A DNA stretch of 64,000 nucleotides from Candidatus Poribacteria bacterium (GTDB lineage: Bacteria; Poribacteria; WGA-4E; WGA-3G). Location of the stretch: contig OZ243938.1 of assembly GCA_965214095.1 (NCBI GenBank), positions 128,001-192,000 on the forward strand. The letters are read 5' to 3'. How positions within the stretch are numbered: position 1 is the first letter of the stretch; each line of letters opens with the position of its first letter. This document shows positions 31,301 to 40,242 of this stretch, piece by piece. Under the pieces are notes generated by a model, which worked only from the letters and a program-made list of their open reading frames with translations, did not search any database and had not been told where the DNA came from. The translations under genes and the position numbers were made by a program.

Positions 31301-34300
31301 ACTGTTTTCATCAACAGCACGGGATGTCGTCGCACCCTCAGTGAAGGTTGGCACATCATTCGCATCTATTACCTTGATTGTTACCTGAATATTAGCAGTT
31401 TCATTATCCGCTCCGACCACTCTCACCGTCACCGAATATGTTGATTTATTTTCAAAATCAAGATCAGCAGCAGTTTTGATTTGCCCCGTAGCACTGTCAA
31501 TGCTAAACGATGAAGCATCCGTGCCACCAATCTGATAAATGAATTCGTCATTACCAACTACTATAGCTGTGACAGGGGCACCGATGTTGACACCAGAAGC
31601 CGTGTCTTCTGCAATCTCGCGCGTGGCAGAACTGCCATCGGTAAATACAGGTAAATCCGTTACAGTTATCGTGACCGTAATTGAATCGCTGAGTTCCCCA
31701 TCAGAGACGGTGATGCTAACGGAATAGGAGTTTTTGTTTTCAAAATCCAAGTCTCCACTTGTTCGCAATTGACCTGTTGTGCTATCAATGCCAAACGACG
31801 ATGCATCCGTGCCACCAAGCGTATATGTTAATGTATCGGTGGTATCCTGATCTGTCGCCGCAATTGGATTCCCTATATCTACTCCAGAACCTGTATTTTC
31901 AGCAACAGACCGCGTGGTACTGCTACCCTCTGTGAAGACTGGTGCTCTGTTAGGGTCTCTGACAACATTTTCCTGTTCGTCTGTGACACTGATATTCACC
32001 GTTATCACATCCGTTAGGCTACCATCTGATACAGTCAAGGTTACCTGATAACTGCTCTTATCTTCATAATCCAGCGCGGCTTTCGTCTGCAATCGTCTTG
32101 TGTTGCTATTGAAACTAAACGCCGCTGCATCCGTACCACCAAACGTATACGTCAATGTTGTATTCGCATCTGGGTCAGTTACCGAAAAAGCAGCTCCAAA
32201 CGCTGTCCCTGCTGAAGTGTTTTCAGCAACACTACGTATGGTACTATCACCTTCAGAAAACACCGGGGCTTCATTGACATTCGTCACATTGATCGTGACG
32301 CTGATAGTATCTGTCAGGCTACCATCCGAAACAGTTACGGTAACTTCATACGCGTCGTCGTCTTCATAGTTTAAGGATGCACTTGTCTTGATTTGTCCTG
32401 TTTTGTCATCAATTGCAAAGGATGATGCGTCCGTGCCACCCAGTTGATATGCAAGCGTTTCGCTATCCTCATCTGAAGCAGATACCGGATCACCGATGTT
32501 TGCATCCGATGTTGTATTCTCTGCCACACTCCGAGTCGTCTCTGTACCATCAGAGAATTCCGGCGCAATGTTAGACGGTGTCTCATCTAAATCCCTAATA
32601 GAAATACTCACAGCAATCGAATCGGTTAGACTATTATCCGAAACTTTAACCGTGACCGAATAGGACGATTTGGTCTCATAATCAAGGTATGCTTTCGTTT
32701 TCAATTGACCCGTTGTTGATTCAATGTCAAACGATGCTTTATCATCTCCATCCAATGTGTATGTAAGCGTATCATTTTCAGGATCAGTCGCCGCGACTGC
32801 ACTCCCAATGTTTACCCCCGTTGCAGTATTTTCTGTTATGGAGCGAGTCGTGCTTGTACCTGCTGTGAACGTGGGTGCTTCATTAACATCCACCACGTTG
32901 ATGGTAACATTTATACTCGCACTGCCACCGTTGCTATCTGAAACAGAAACCGTGACTGCATAAGACGCTTTGGTTTCATAGTTCAACGCAGCACTGGTTT
33001 TCAATTGTCCAGTTGTGTCATCAATACTAAATGACGATGCATCTGTGCCACCGAGACTGTAGGTTAACGTGTCATTATCCTCATCTGTTGCCTCCACAGC
33101 AGTTCCAATACTCACATCAGTAGCAGTATTCTCATCAATAGAACGCGTGGCACTACTCCCTTCGCTGAACTCTGGAGCACTATTCGTTGTTTCATCTACA
33201 TCAGTGATTTTGATGGTTACAGTAATGGTATCTGTACCTTTATTACCATCAGAGACAGAGATTATAACCGTATAGGAACGTTTCGTTTCATAATCTAATG
33301 CTGCACTGGTCCGCAACTGTCCAGAGGAACTATCTATGCCAAAAGAGGAGGCATCCGTCCCACTAAGACTATAAGTCAGTGTGTCATCTTCATCCGCATC
33401 TGTAGCACCCACAGCAGTGCCGATATTCACTCCCGAAGCTGTGTTTTCTGCTACAGAACGCGTGGTCGTGTTTCCTTCAGTAAATGTCGGTGCTCTGTTG
33501 GGTACGTCAGTGTCCTTCGTTTCTGTTTCATCTTGAGTATCTTGGGGTTCAGTAGTCTCTTCATCTATATCAACCACATTGATCGTTACATTAATGCTGT
33601 CCGATAAAACTCCATCGGAGACAGTGATTGTCACCACATAAAAAGTTGTTGCTTCATAATCAAGTGCAGATTTCGTTTTGAGTTGTCCTGTGCTGGAATC
33701 TATATCAAACGCGCTGGCATCTGTGCCACCGAGGCTATAAGTGAGCGTATTGTTTTCTGCATCTGATGCCGTAATAGCAGTGCCAATATTTGTACCTGCT
33801 TCAGTGTTCTCATCCACTTCACGTGTGGTCGCAGTGCCATCAGCAAATACAGGAGCCGTATTTATAGTTTCAAAAATCTCTATCGGTAGGTCGTTAGATT
33901 TGGCAAACGCATATCCTGTATGTCCAATGGGTAGGATCGGGAGGCTACCAATATCAACGGTGACTGCAGCAAACGTGTTAGAAGCGCGCAATACCGTTAG
34001 CGGTAGACTTTCAATACTCCCAGCAGGAATCGTTATGGTAGTCACATTATCGGCAAGGTTACCACTCGTGACGGTGATCGGTAAGACTATATCTGATGGT
34101 GCACCACTCGGTAGGCTGGCTTTGAACATGTTTGTGCCAACTTTCTGTAATGAAATGGTGAACGGAAGTGGGTCAACGGTGTTACCACTCAAATCCAATG
34201 TTGTTAAAGAAGTCAAACCTACAAATATACCATCAGGCAGACTATCCAATTGGTTATTGCTCAAGTTAAGAGATGTAAGAGACAGCAATCCTGTGAAATC

Positions 34301-36019
34301 ATCTGAATTGAGAGTTGAAACTGACATACCGCTCATGTCCAGCGATGTAATTGTCGCAAGGTGAACATCCGATACGTTACGGCAATCATCAATACCTTGC
34401 AGGGCCTCTACAATCGCATCACTCACCTGGATCGTCCGGTTGCAAACAGTAGATTTCGCGAGAATATAACCGAAATGGTTAGCAGGTAACGTTGGCAATA
34501 CACCGATATTTACATCTGAGGTAGTAGCAGTAAATACAGCACTTTCAAGACTTCCTTTTGGTATGGTTGTCGATGTTATACTTGCACCATTGATCGATAA
34601 CTCAACATCAAAGGGTGCACCAGCAAATATGACCGCCTTGAACTGATTTACATCAACTTGTTGCAGTGAAACATTTAGCGGGAATGGGTCAATCTGGTTC
34701 CCACCTAAACGCAGATTTGTGAGAGATGTCAAACCATCAAAGATACCCACTGGTAGGCTGTTCAACATATTACCGTATAGGTTTAGATTTGTGAGACCTG
34801 TCAACCCAGAAAAGTCACCTGTTTTCAGTTCGGTAATCCCTGCGGAACGAAAGTCAAGTGAGGTGATTTCGGCAAGGTGTGTGTCGGTAATGTCTTCGGC
34901 ATCGTTCACACTCGAAACCGCTGCAACGATAGCGTCACGAACTTGTGCAGTGCGATCACTGACAGGTAGCACTGTAGAGACCAAGACAGTTTCGACCACG
35001 TCAATGACACCAATGATGACAGTAATTGTATCTGTCAGACTATCATCGGATACAGAAATAGTTACCGTGTAGACGCGTTTTGTTTCATAATCTAATGGTG
35101 CTTTTGTCTTCAACTGTCCAGTCGTAGAATCTATATCAAACGATGCGGCATCAATCCCACTTAGACTGTAGGTTAAATTATCCTCATCAGCATCTGTGGC
35201 AGAGACAGCACTGCCAATATTAGAATCTGCAGCTGTATTCTCTGCTATATAACGGATCGTGGTAGTACCATCAGAAAATTCAGGTGCACTGTTTTCTGGC
35301 GTTTCTAAAGTATCAGTCGTATCAGTCGTTTCTGTTATATCGGTAGTATCGGTTTCTGTTACAGCACTGATAACTTCAATCGGTAATGTATCAGGTTTTG
35401 TAAGGGTATAGCCGTAATGGTCTGTTGGTAAACTGGGTAAGGTCCCAATATTAACGGTTACAGCGGCGGTTGTGTCAGCGGTACGTGTGAGGGTCAACAA
35501 CGCACTACTATCTATACTACCTTTGGAAATCGTGAGTGTCGTTTCATCGTCTGAAACAGTGGCGTTAGCAGCACTGATCGGCACAACAATATCAAACGGT
35601 GCACCTGTCGGTACTACGACTTTGAATTGATCCTCACCGACCTTTTCAACTGTGACTGAAATCGGTAACGGATCCACAGCATTGCTACCCAAACGTAAAC
35701 TCGTCAGTGAGGTTAAACCTTCGAATATTCCATTGGGTAGACTACTAAGTTCATTATTATACAAGTTAAGACTTGTCAATCCTGTCAAACCAGAAAAGTC
35801 ACCGAATTTCAATTCCGTAATTGCTTTGTTGCGAAGGTTTAAACTCGTTATTTCCGCTAAATGTGTCGCGGTAACCTCCGTAGCGGAATCTACCCCAGTT
35901 GTTGCAACAATAGCATCACGCACTTCAGATGTCCGATCTGCTACTGGCAAAATCTCTGTCTCCCCTCTCACTCCGATACAAACAAGCAATAAACAAATGA
36001 CTGAAATTAGGTATCTCAA
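28388..36019 (-). CDS. Giant secreted cadherin-repeat/LRR protein with T9SS-CTD/FlgD-Ig-like tail (paralog A, 2543 aa)
   Basis: TTG start after a GGGGAG RBS, signal peptide, 3 cap-LRR-Ig modules, about 13 cadherin repeats, a distal LRR block of about 13 repeats, and the tail FPNPFNPETW..QKMLIRK. Confidence 0.92.
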   Translation of the reverse strand: MRYLISVICLLLVCIGVRGETEILPVADRTSEVRDAIVATTGVDSATEVTATHLAEITSLNLRNKAITELKFGDFSGLTGLTSLNLYNNELSSLPNGIFEGLTSLTSLRLGSNAVDPLPISVTVEKVGEDQFKVVVPTGAPFDIVVPISAANATVSDDETTLTISKGSIDSSALLTLTRTADTTAAVTVNIGTLPSLPTDHYGYTLTKPDTLPIEVISAVTETDTTDITETTDTTDTLETPENSAPEFSDGTTTIRYIAENTAADSNIGSAVSATDADEDNLTYSLSGIDAASFDIDSTTGQLKTKAPLDYETKRVYTVTISVSDDSLTDTITVIIGVIDVVETVLVSTVLPVSDRTAQVRDAIVAAVSSVNDAEDITDTHLAEITSLDFRSAGITELKTGDFSGLTGLTNLNLYGNMLNSLPVGIFDGLTSLTNLRLGGNQIDPFPLNVSLQQVDVNQFKAVIFAGAPFDVELSINGASITSTTIPKGSLESAVFTATTSDVNIGVLPTLPANHFGYILAKSTVCNRTIQVSDAIVEALQGIDDCRNVSDVHLATITSLDMSGMSVSTLNSDDFTGLLSLTSLNLSNNQLDSLPDGIFVGLTSLTTLDLSGNTVDPLPFTISLQKVGTNMFKASLPSGAPSDIVLPITVTSGNLADNVTTITIPAGSIESLPLTVLRASNTFAAVTVDIGSLPILPIGHTGYAFAKSNDLPIEIFETINTAPVFADGTATTREVDENTEAGTNIGTAITASDAENNTLTYSLGGTDASAFDIDSSTGQLKTKSALDYEATTFYVVTITVSDGVLSDSINVTINVVDIDEETTEPQDTQDETETKDTDVPNRAPTFTEGNTTTRSVAENTASGVNIGTAVGATDADEDDTLTYSLSGTDASSFGIDSSSGQLRTSAALDYETKRSYTVIISVSDGNKGTDTITVTIKITDVDETTNSAPEFSEGSSATRSIDENTATDVSIGTAVEATDEDNDTLTYSLGGTDASSFSIDDTTGQLKTSAALNYETKASYAVTVSVSDSNGGSASINVTINVVDVNEAPTFTAGTSTTRSITENTATGVNIGSAVAATDPENDTLTYTLDGDDKASFDIESTTGQLKTKAYLDYETKSSYSVTVKVSDNSLTDSIAVSISIRDLDETPSNIAPEFSDGTETTRSVAENTTSDANIGDPVSASDEDSETLAYQLGGTDASSFAIDDKTGQIKTSASLNYEDDDAYEVTVTVSDGSLTDTISVTINVTNVNEAPVFSEGDSTIRSVAENTSAGTAFGAAFSVTDPDANTTLTYTFGGTDAAAFSFNSNTRRLQTKAALDYEDKSSYQVTLTVSDGSLTDVITVNISVTDEQENVVRDPNRAPVFTEGSSTTRSVAENTGSGVDIGNPIAATDQDTTDTLTYTLGGTDASSFGIDSTTGQLRTSGDLDFENKNSYSVSITVSDGELSDSITVTITVTDLPVFTDGSSATREIAEDTASGVNIGAPVTAIVVGNDEFIYQIGGTDASSFSIDSATGQIKTAADLDFENKSTYSVTVRVVGADNETANIQVTIKVIDANDVPTFTEGATTSRAVDENSPIDTNIGQPVSATDLEGDTITYTLRGPDRTSFDIDHTTGQITMKNALDHETKSTYTVRVVATDTNSGSSSITVTISVRDVNDAPTFVDGESATRSVPETTAVDTAIGGPIAATDQDGDTITYSLGGTDAASFDFDTSTGQLKTKDELDVDAANAQTTYSVTVTATEDSGEENNSTTIPVTINVTAVNERPVFTTAPTTIDIDNINNLSDGDAIGDAYVAVDPEGETITYSVVVVGDLFDIDSETGQLKATTELIDDRRLSYSFRVFASVVRQSSWVDVTVNVTRAEPNNAPVFDEGETANRSVGENTLSNTPIGDPVSATDADENDTLTYSLEDTDTDAASFDINSSTGQLKTKDELDYETKSIYTVTVKVTDAAGATDTIIVTINITDESGAFVPVSDRTQQIRDAILDAITDVDDAADVTAEHLAAITSLSYSAPGISDSIYELMGGDFSGLTGLTSLSLTGNIFLESLPDNIFDDLTSLQKLDLEVNGIDSLQDSVFDSLTQLTSLDISYNSLTTLPDGIFDSLTLLTSLDTEGNYFETVPDVIADLTSLETLSLAGNDFTALPDGLFDDMSSLKVLNLGGGDIETFASDDFEGLTALEEINLSYNEIASLPAGLFDSLSGITNLPLNNNKLTTVPSSVFDNLTALTNLNLSENGLASLPSDAFDGLSALTNLTLSNNKLTTLPSGIFDPLTSLVAISLERNELSSLPGTIFQKLTSLTTLNMRSNKLTTFPNGLFVNLTALNYLYLSQQEAGELDLTVTLEKVENNKFKIVIPAGAPYPMTAQVWIVKGYVGDETGPDRPELTIAKGNTDSETITIARDDKFDWDEVSVILQTVTDPPSHHSGYTLTDPPALDGFSEPAGAPSNKQQVPKDTAFLPNFPNPFNPETWIPYQLSESADVMLTIYNMRGVVVRELAIGHQNAGFYTSRSRAAHWDGRNNIGEKVATGVYFVTIRAGDFYATQKMLIRK

Positions 36020-36182
36020 AAGCTTCTCCCCTCAATTTTGACATTTACTGCAAACAGATAAATAAATGTCAATTAGCAAATAAAAATGTTTATCTAATCA
36101 ATATATCCTCGCTATAAATACATATTAAGTATTTTATTTTGTAATTTATTATTCTCTTATTATAATATGTCTTAACATGTAA

Positions 36183-36210
36183 ATTATATACGTTTTTAAT
36201 TTAAATGCAA
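36183..36210 (-). promoter_or_regulatory. Putative sigma70 promoter for the giant-protein array
   Basis: Minus-strand TTGCAT-N16-TATAAT in a very AT-rich intergenic region, so a chance match is possible. Confidence 0.4.
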
Positions 36211-36262
36211 ATAATATTTTGTAAATACGTAAAGTTTATGAAATGAAAAAGATGGGAACTCT

Positions 36263-36376
36263 TGTAGGAAGGGGTTGCTAACCCGCCTGTCAAAATATTC
36301 GTAGTTGCGCAATTCATTACGCCTCTGACATTATCCTGAAAATCTAATAATCCTGAAAATCCTGGTTCAGACAAAA
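36263..36376 (+). repeat. REP-like palindromes and AATCCTGAAAATC repeat
   Basis: GTAG-led imperfect hairpins at about 36264 and at 36301-36325. The latter is 23/25 identical to the reverse complement of 52544-52568. ATCCTGAAAATC occurs twice, followed by CTGGTTCAGACAA, whose reverse complement recurs at 61031. Confidence 0.6.
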
Positions 36377-36379
36377 AGA

Positions 36380-39300
36380 ATGTCCCTAAATTGCCACTAT
36401 ACAGATTCCTTGCAAAAAATCCTATTTTGTGATAGTATGGAGATTAAAATAATACATGCATTGAGACATTCCAAAATGAATTCAACAAAAGATATTATCA
36501 GCCGTTGCCATCAACGACACAATGACCCGCTACGACAACGCAAAACAGTCGTTACACCTGCCATCTACAAAGGCATATTAAATCACTACACAGTCTATTG
36601 TGCACACAGCCTACCCATCAGGCTTCACGATTTAGAACGGGCAAATATATCCTTCATGCCCGTAGGCGGGGCACCAACTTATGACCGAATGCCACAATCT
36701 TACGGCGGTGACCGTTTCTTGAAACGACAAGGAATAGAAAGTTGGGATATCAGAAACTGGCATACTTCCTGGGGTATTCAAGTATATACCGGCATGCCTT
36801 CAGAACTAAACGGTAGCACATGGCACGACTTGGAATTTACATATCAGGCTATCTGCAATGCACCAGAAACGGTGCTTGAATGTGTTGATACTTTGGTCAA
36901 TTTCGTTGCTAACCCATTATTAACAATCACAAAATCCGGTGGACTACGTTTTACATGCAGAATTGAGAATTATCTGCATCAAAATACACATACAGATCGC
37001 TTTTACGTATATCAGGATAAAGTAACTCCTGAAAATCAACATCAACGTGAAGTATACCTTGAAATACTTGGAAAGGAAGGACATAGTGCATGGGATGCGC
37101 GTTACGAGATACTGTTCGGAAACCTTCTGGACCCACCTGTGATCGAAAAAGAGGTATTCTTGGCAGCAATTAATACCCTTCGACAGGCTCTCCACCAACC
37201 CTCATCCAGAGAAAAAACTGATGAAAACCTTGAGTTATTGCCGACAAATATCGTTTCACCGTTTTCACTAAGTTCACAAAAATTGGATCTCGCCAAGGAA
37301 ACACTTTTAGCTCGAGGATTCGTATATCTCCGTAAAGAAGAAAATATCCACCATTGGACGAAACACAATACAGAAAGTTCCGACACAGATGTATTGTTAT
37401 GGGAACATGGCAGTAACGTATGGATACGCGCAGCGAACCCAAATAGCGGCGTACCGACTGAAGATACGCAAATTACTGATATATGGGACGATACCGGAAT
37501 CTTACCACAGATACCCGAAAACGGGTTGCCAGTGTCTACACAGATCCAGGAAATTCGTGATCGTAGACTCACGCCATTAGTCATTAAACGTCCCAATCAA
37601 GTGCTGGAGAAGTCGGAGAAAGAAGAGAAACAAACCATAACAGCCGCTGATGCTATCTCACAAATACAACACGCTTTTGAAAACGATATTAGTATAGCTG
37701 GAATTAACGCCGCGGATACTGCAAAAAGAAACAATTACGCGGTTGAAACGCTTTTGCTTCAACATTCTCCAATCATATTGAGTTCACAAACACGTATATT
37801 AAATGGAGCAACCGAACATTTTCAGAACCAAAACATACCTTCAGTCATAAGGTGGAGACGATACCGATATTTATGGAATGAGGTAAAAGATATACCCGTT
37901 GCTACACGCATGAAAGCACCTTTCAAAAACGGAAATGTATGTGAAGACGCTGAACGATGCGGCACTTTGAAAAACAAAGGTGTGAACCCCACTCAGACAA
38001 TCTGCCTACAGTGTCCTGTATATACAACATGTCAGCAACACGGATACCTATCACAATACAAAATACTACAAAACGCAAACATTCAGCTTATTGCCAGTCC
38101 AGAACACTTTTTAGATCCAGCACGCTACGGATTTGTTGAGGATATCATAAGACACAGCAACGACTCAGAACGAATCTGCATCATTGACGATATGAGTACA
38201 GATGATCTCTTCATAAATTGTTATGTCGGTTTATCTACATTAAAGAAATGGAATAATGATTGGGAAGGAGAGCCTTTAGGTAACTTCACACGCGCTTTGC
38301 TCAATACGCTACAAATGAAAGGTGGACCCGACGATCTACTTGTTCAAAGAATACGCACACTGATGCACGCATTTCTACCTTATCAGGAACAGATTACTCA
38401 GCAGATGCGTCAAGTCAATTTGAACTGCAGAATACTTAAAGAAAGAACAATCGATGAAAAAGACAAAACAGTTCTTGCACAATATAAAATCGTGTTTGAA
38501 AACGATGTCACTGCACATATCCCGATAAACGATGCCGCCGCTGATAGACTCAGAGCATTGGAACGTACTGTGCTTCCTATAGATATAGAACACTATACAC
38601 CCAACAAGGACATCAAAGTCCAAATCCCAATAGAACAAGCAATACGATTAGGTATATTAGATATATCAACACCAGAGAAGATATACGATATACCCACAAC
38701 CTATCAGAATCCGGAATGGACATTGTGGCATCAACTCAAACGATTCTTTGCACACTACGCTCGGAATACAGACGCTCCAATGATGTGGTACAACAATTGC
38801 CTAAATTTCTGGGTTCCGCCAATTCTTCACCCAAACATAAAAAAACTTCTTGTCATATCACCAACGGTCTCTGAACATGATTTACAGAGAGTATTCCAGA
38901 ATGAAAAAATAAAGGTGGAAAAAATAAAACCTACACCTTGGGCAGAAGGAACACAAGTTTTTCAAATTCGCACTGGAATTCATTGGATCAAAACGATGTT
39001 AGACCATGATACCACTTGGGATGTTCTCGGACTCACAAACATTGGTAAACGGTTTATGCAAGGTATCTGTGCTGAAATCCAAAGAAGCAAGAACACTAAA
39101 CATGCAATTATCTCATACCAGCCGATCATAGACCAATTAAATGACCTTACATCAGAAGATAACATGTGTGTAGCAATGACTTTCGAAAACGCAGCTCGTT
39201 TAGAAACCTTCGACACAGATATACAAGTCCTATGGCTTGTCGGAACGCCATCTTGGCAACCAAATTTAACATGGAGACACGCACAAATACTTTACGGAAA

Positions 39301-39883
39301 TGATGAAAAACCACTATCCTATGACACTGATATACATTTCCAACAACACAAAGACCCGCGTCTTCAGCACGTGTATTTACAAAGAATTACTCACTCCATC
39401 ACAGATATTCTCGGAAAGATAGGATTGAGCCACCTGCCGAACAAAAAGGTTGTCCTGATTAATAGTATTCAAATACCAAACATCACCGATAGACCCGAAA
39501 CTTTACTTTTCGATTGGGAAGATTTCGAGATTGCAGGTAATCTTGACAAACTCGCAGAAACAATCGCTATACGACAAAAGTTTGAAACTGAACGAGCCAA
39601 CCTAACTGCAGACTGCAGCAGAGAAAAAGTCGAACGGATTGTAGGTTGTTCCTCCAGACAAGCGAACCGTATATTACAGCAACTTCGTGGTGGGAATATA
39701 CCGCACATAACCTATCGTGAGCAAATACTATCACTGCTTACAGAGGGTGAGAAAAAGGCATCTGATATAACAGAGGCAATTGAAGGTAATCCAACATCAA
39801 TAAATAATGAACTCGCACGACTACTCAAGATTGGTGAGATTATTAAGGTCCGTTGGGGTGTATACACTCTTCCCAATGAATAA
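36380..39883 (+). CDS. Large hypothetical protein: degenerate Prim-Pol-like N terminus, Cys cluster / degenerate helicase-like core, C-terminal HTH/wHTH
   Basis: 1167-aa ORF; the true start may be ATG 36476. Motifs are WGIQVYTG.PS...WHDLEF...TKSGGLRF, CEDAERC..CLQCPVYTTC, RICIIDD, and a terminal YREQILSLL.EGEKK.SDI...SINNELARL...GEIIKVRWGVY. The ORF is clear; the domain calls are by eye. Confidence 0.6.
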   Translation: MSLNCHYTDSLQKILFCDSMEIKIIHALRHSKMNSTKDIISRCHQRHNDPLRQRKTVVTPAIYKGILNHYTVYCAHSLPIRLHDLERANISFMPVGGAPTYDRMPQSYGGDRFLKRQGIESWDIRNWHTSWGIQVYTGMPSELNGSTWHDLEFTYQAICNAPETVLECVDTLVNFVANPLLTITKSGGLRFTCRIENYLHQNTHTDRFYVYQDKVTPENQHQREVYLEILGKEGHSAWDARYEILFGNLLDPPVIEKEVFLAAINTLRQALHQPSSREKTDENLELLPTNIVSPFSLSSQKLDLAKETLLARGFVYLRKEENIHHWTKHNTESSDTDVLLWEHGSNVWIRAANPNSGVPTEDTQITDIWDDTGILPQIPENGLPVSTQIQEIRDRRLTPLVIKRPNQVLEKSEKEEKQTITAADAISQIQHAFENDISIAGINAADTAKRNNYAVETLLLQHSPIILSSQTRILNGATEHFQNQNIPSVIRWRRYRYLWNEVKDIPVATRMKAPFKNGNVCEDAERCGTLKNKGVNPTQTICLQCPVYTTCQQHGYLSQYKILQNANIQLIASPEHFLDPARYGFVEDIIRHSNDSERICIIDDMSTDDLFINCYVGLSTLKKWNNDWEGEPLGNFTRALLNTLQMKGGPDDLLVQRIRTLMHAFLPYQEQITQQMRQVNLNCRILKERTIDEKDKTVLAQYKIVFENDVTAHIPINDAAADRLRALERTVLPIDIEHYTPNKDIKVQIPIEQAIRLGILDISTPEKIYDIPTTYQNPEWTLWHQLKRFFAHYARNTDAPMMWYNNCLNFWVPPILHPNIKKLLVISPTVSEHDLQRVFQNEKIKVEKIKPTPWAEGTQVFQIRTGIHWIKTMLDHDTTWDVLGLTNIGKRFMQGICAEIQRSKNTKHAIISYQPIIDQLNDLTSEDNMCVAMTFENAARLETFDTDIQVLWLVGTPSWQPNLTWRHAQILYGNDEKPLSYDTDIHFQQHKDPRLQHVYLQRITHSITDILGKIGLSHLPNKKVVLINSIQIPNITDRPETLLFDWEDFEIAGNLDKLAETIAIRQKFETERANLTADCSREKVERIVGCSSRQANRILQQLRGGNIPHITYREQILSLLTEGEKKASDITEAIEGNPTSINNELARLLKIGEIIKVRWGVYTLPNE

Positions 39884-40181
39884 GATCAATAAATGTACTG
39901 TCATCGGAAATTTAGACCACTACCTATAAACCCATACATATACTGCGTTTATAGACAATTTACCTGTCTTACAGTATGTGAGAGATTTCTTACAGTTTCG
40001 TAACTTTTCAAGAAGGAGACAAACCATGGAAGGACAAGATAAACACAATGAATTTGCTGCAGATGTTACACAAAATACATGAAAACCTACGATGTCATCG
40101 CAACCAAAACCAACAAAATAACAAGAACATACTACAGCGTATCTCATAACTATTATTACACACCCCAAATCTCTCCTTCAT

Positions 40182-40210
40182 TTGACATGCCATCAACAAT
40201 ATCGTATAAT
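40182..40210 (+). promoter_or_regulatory. Consensus sigma70 promoter
   Basis: TTGACA-N17-TATAAT directly upstream of the oxidoreductase. Confidence 0.85.
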
Positions 40211-40242
40211 ACTTAATTAATTAAGGAACATTGGAGACACCA

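Noticed and set aside
1127-36041. Dozens of short plus-strand ORFs rich in Ser/Val
   Set aside because: They are antisense shadows of the repetitive cadherin/LRR genes, and they recur in step with the repeats.
39920-40168. 82-aa minus-strand ORF
   Set aside because: It is Cys/Val-rich with no RBS or recognisable motif, so probably spurious.
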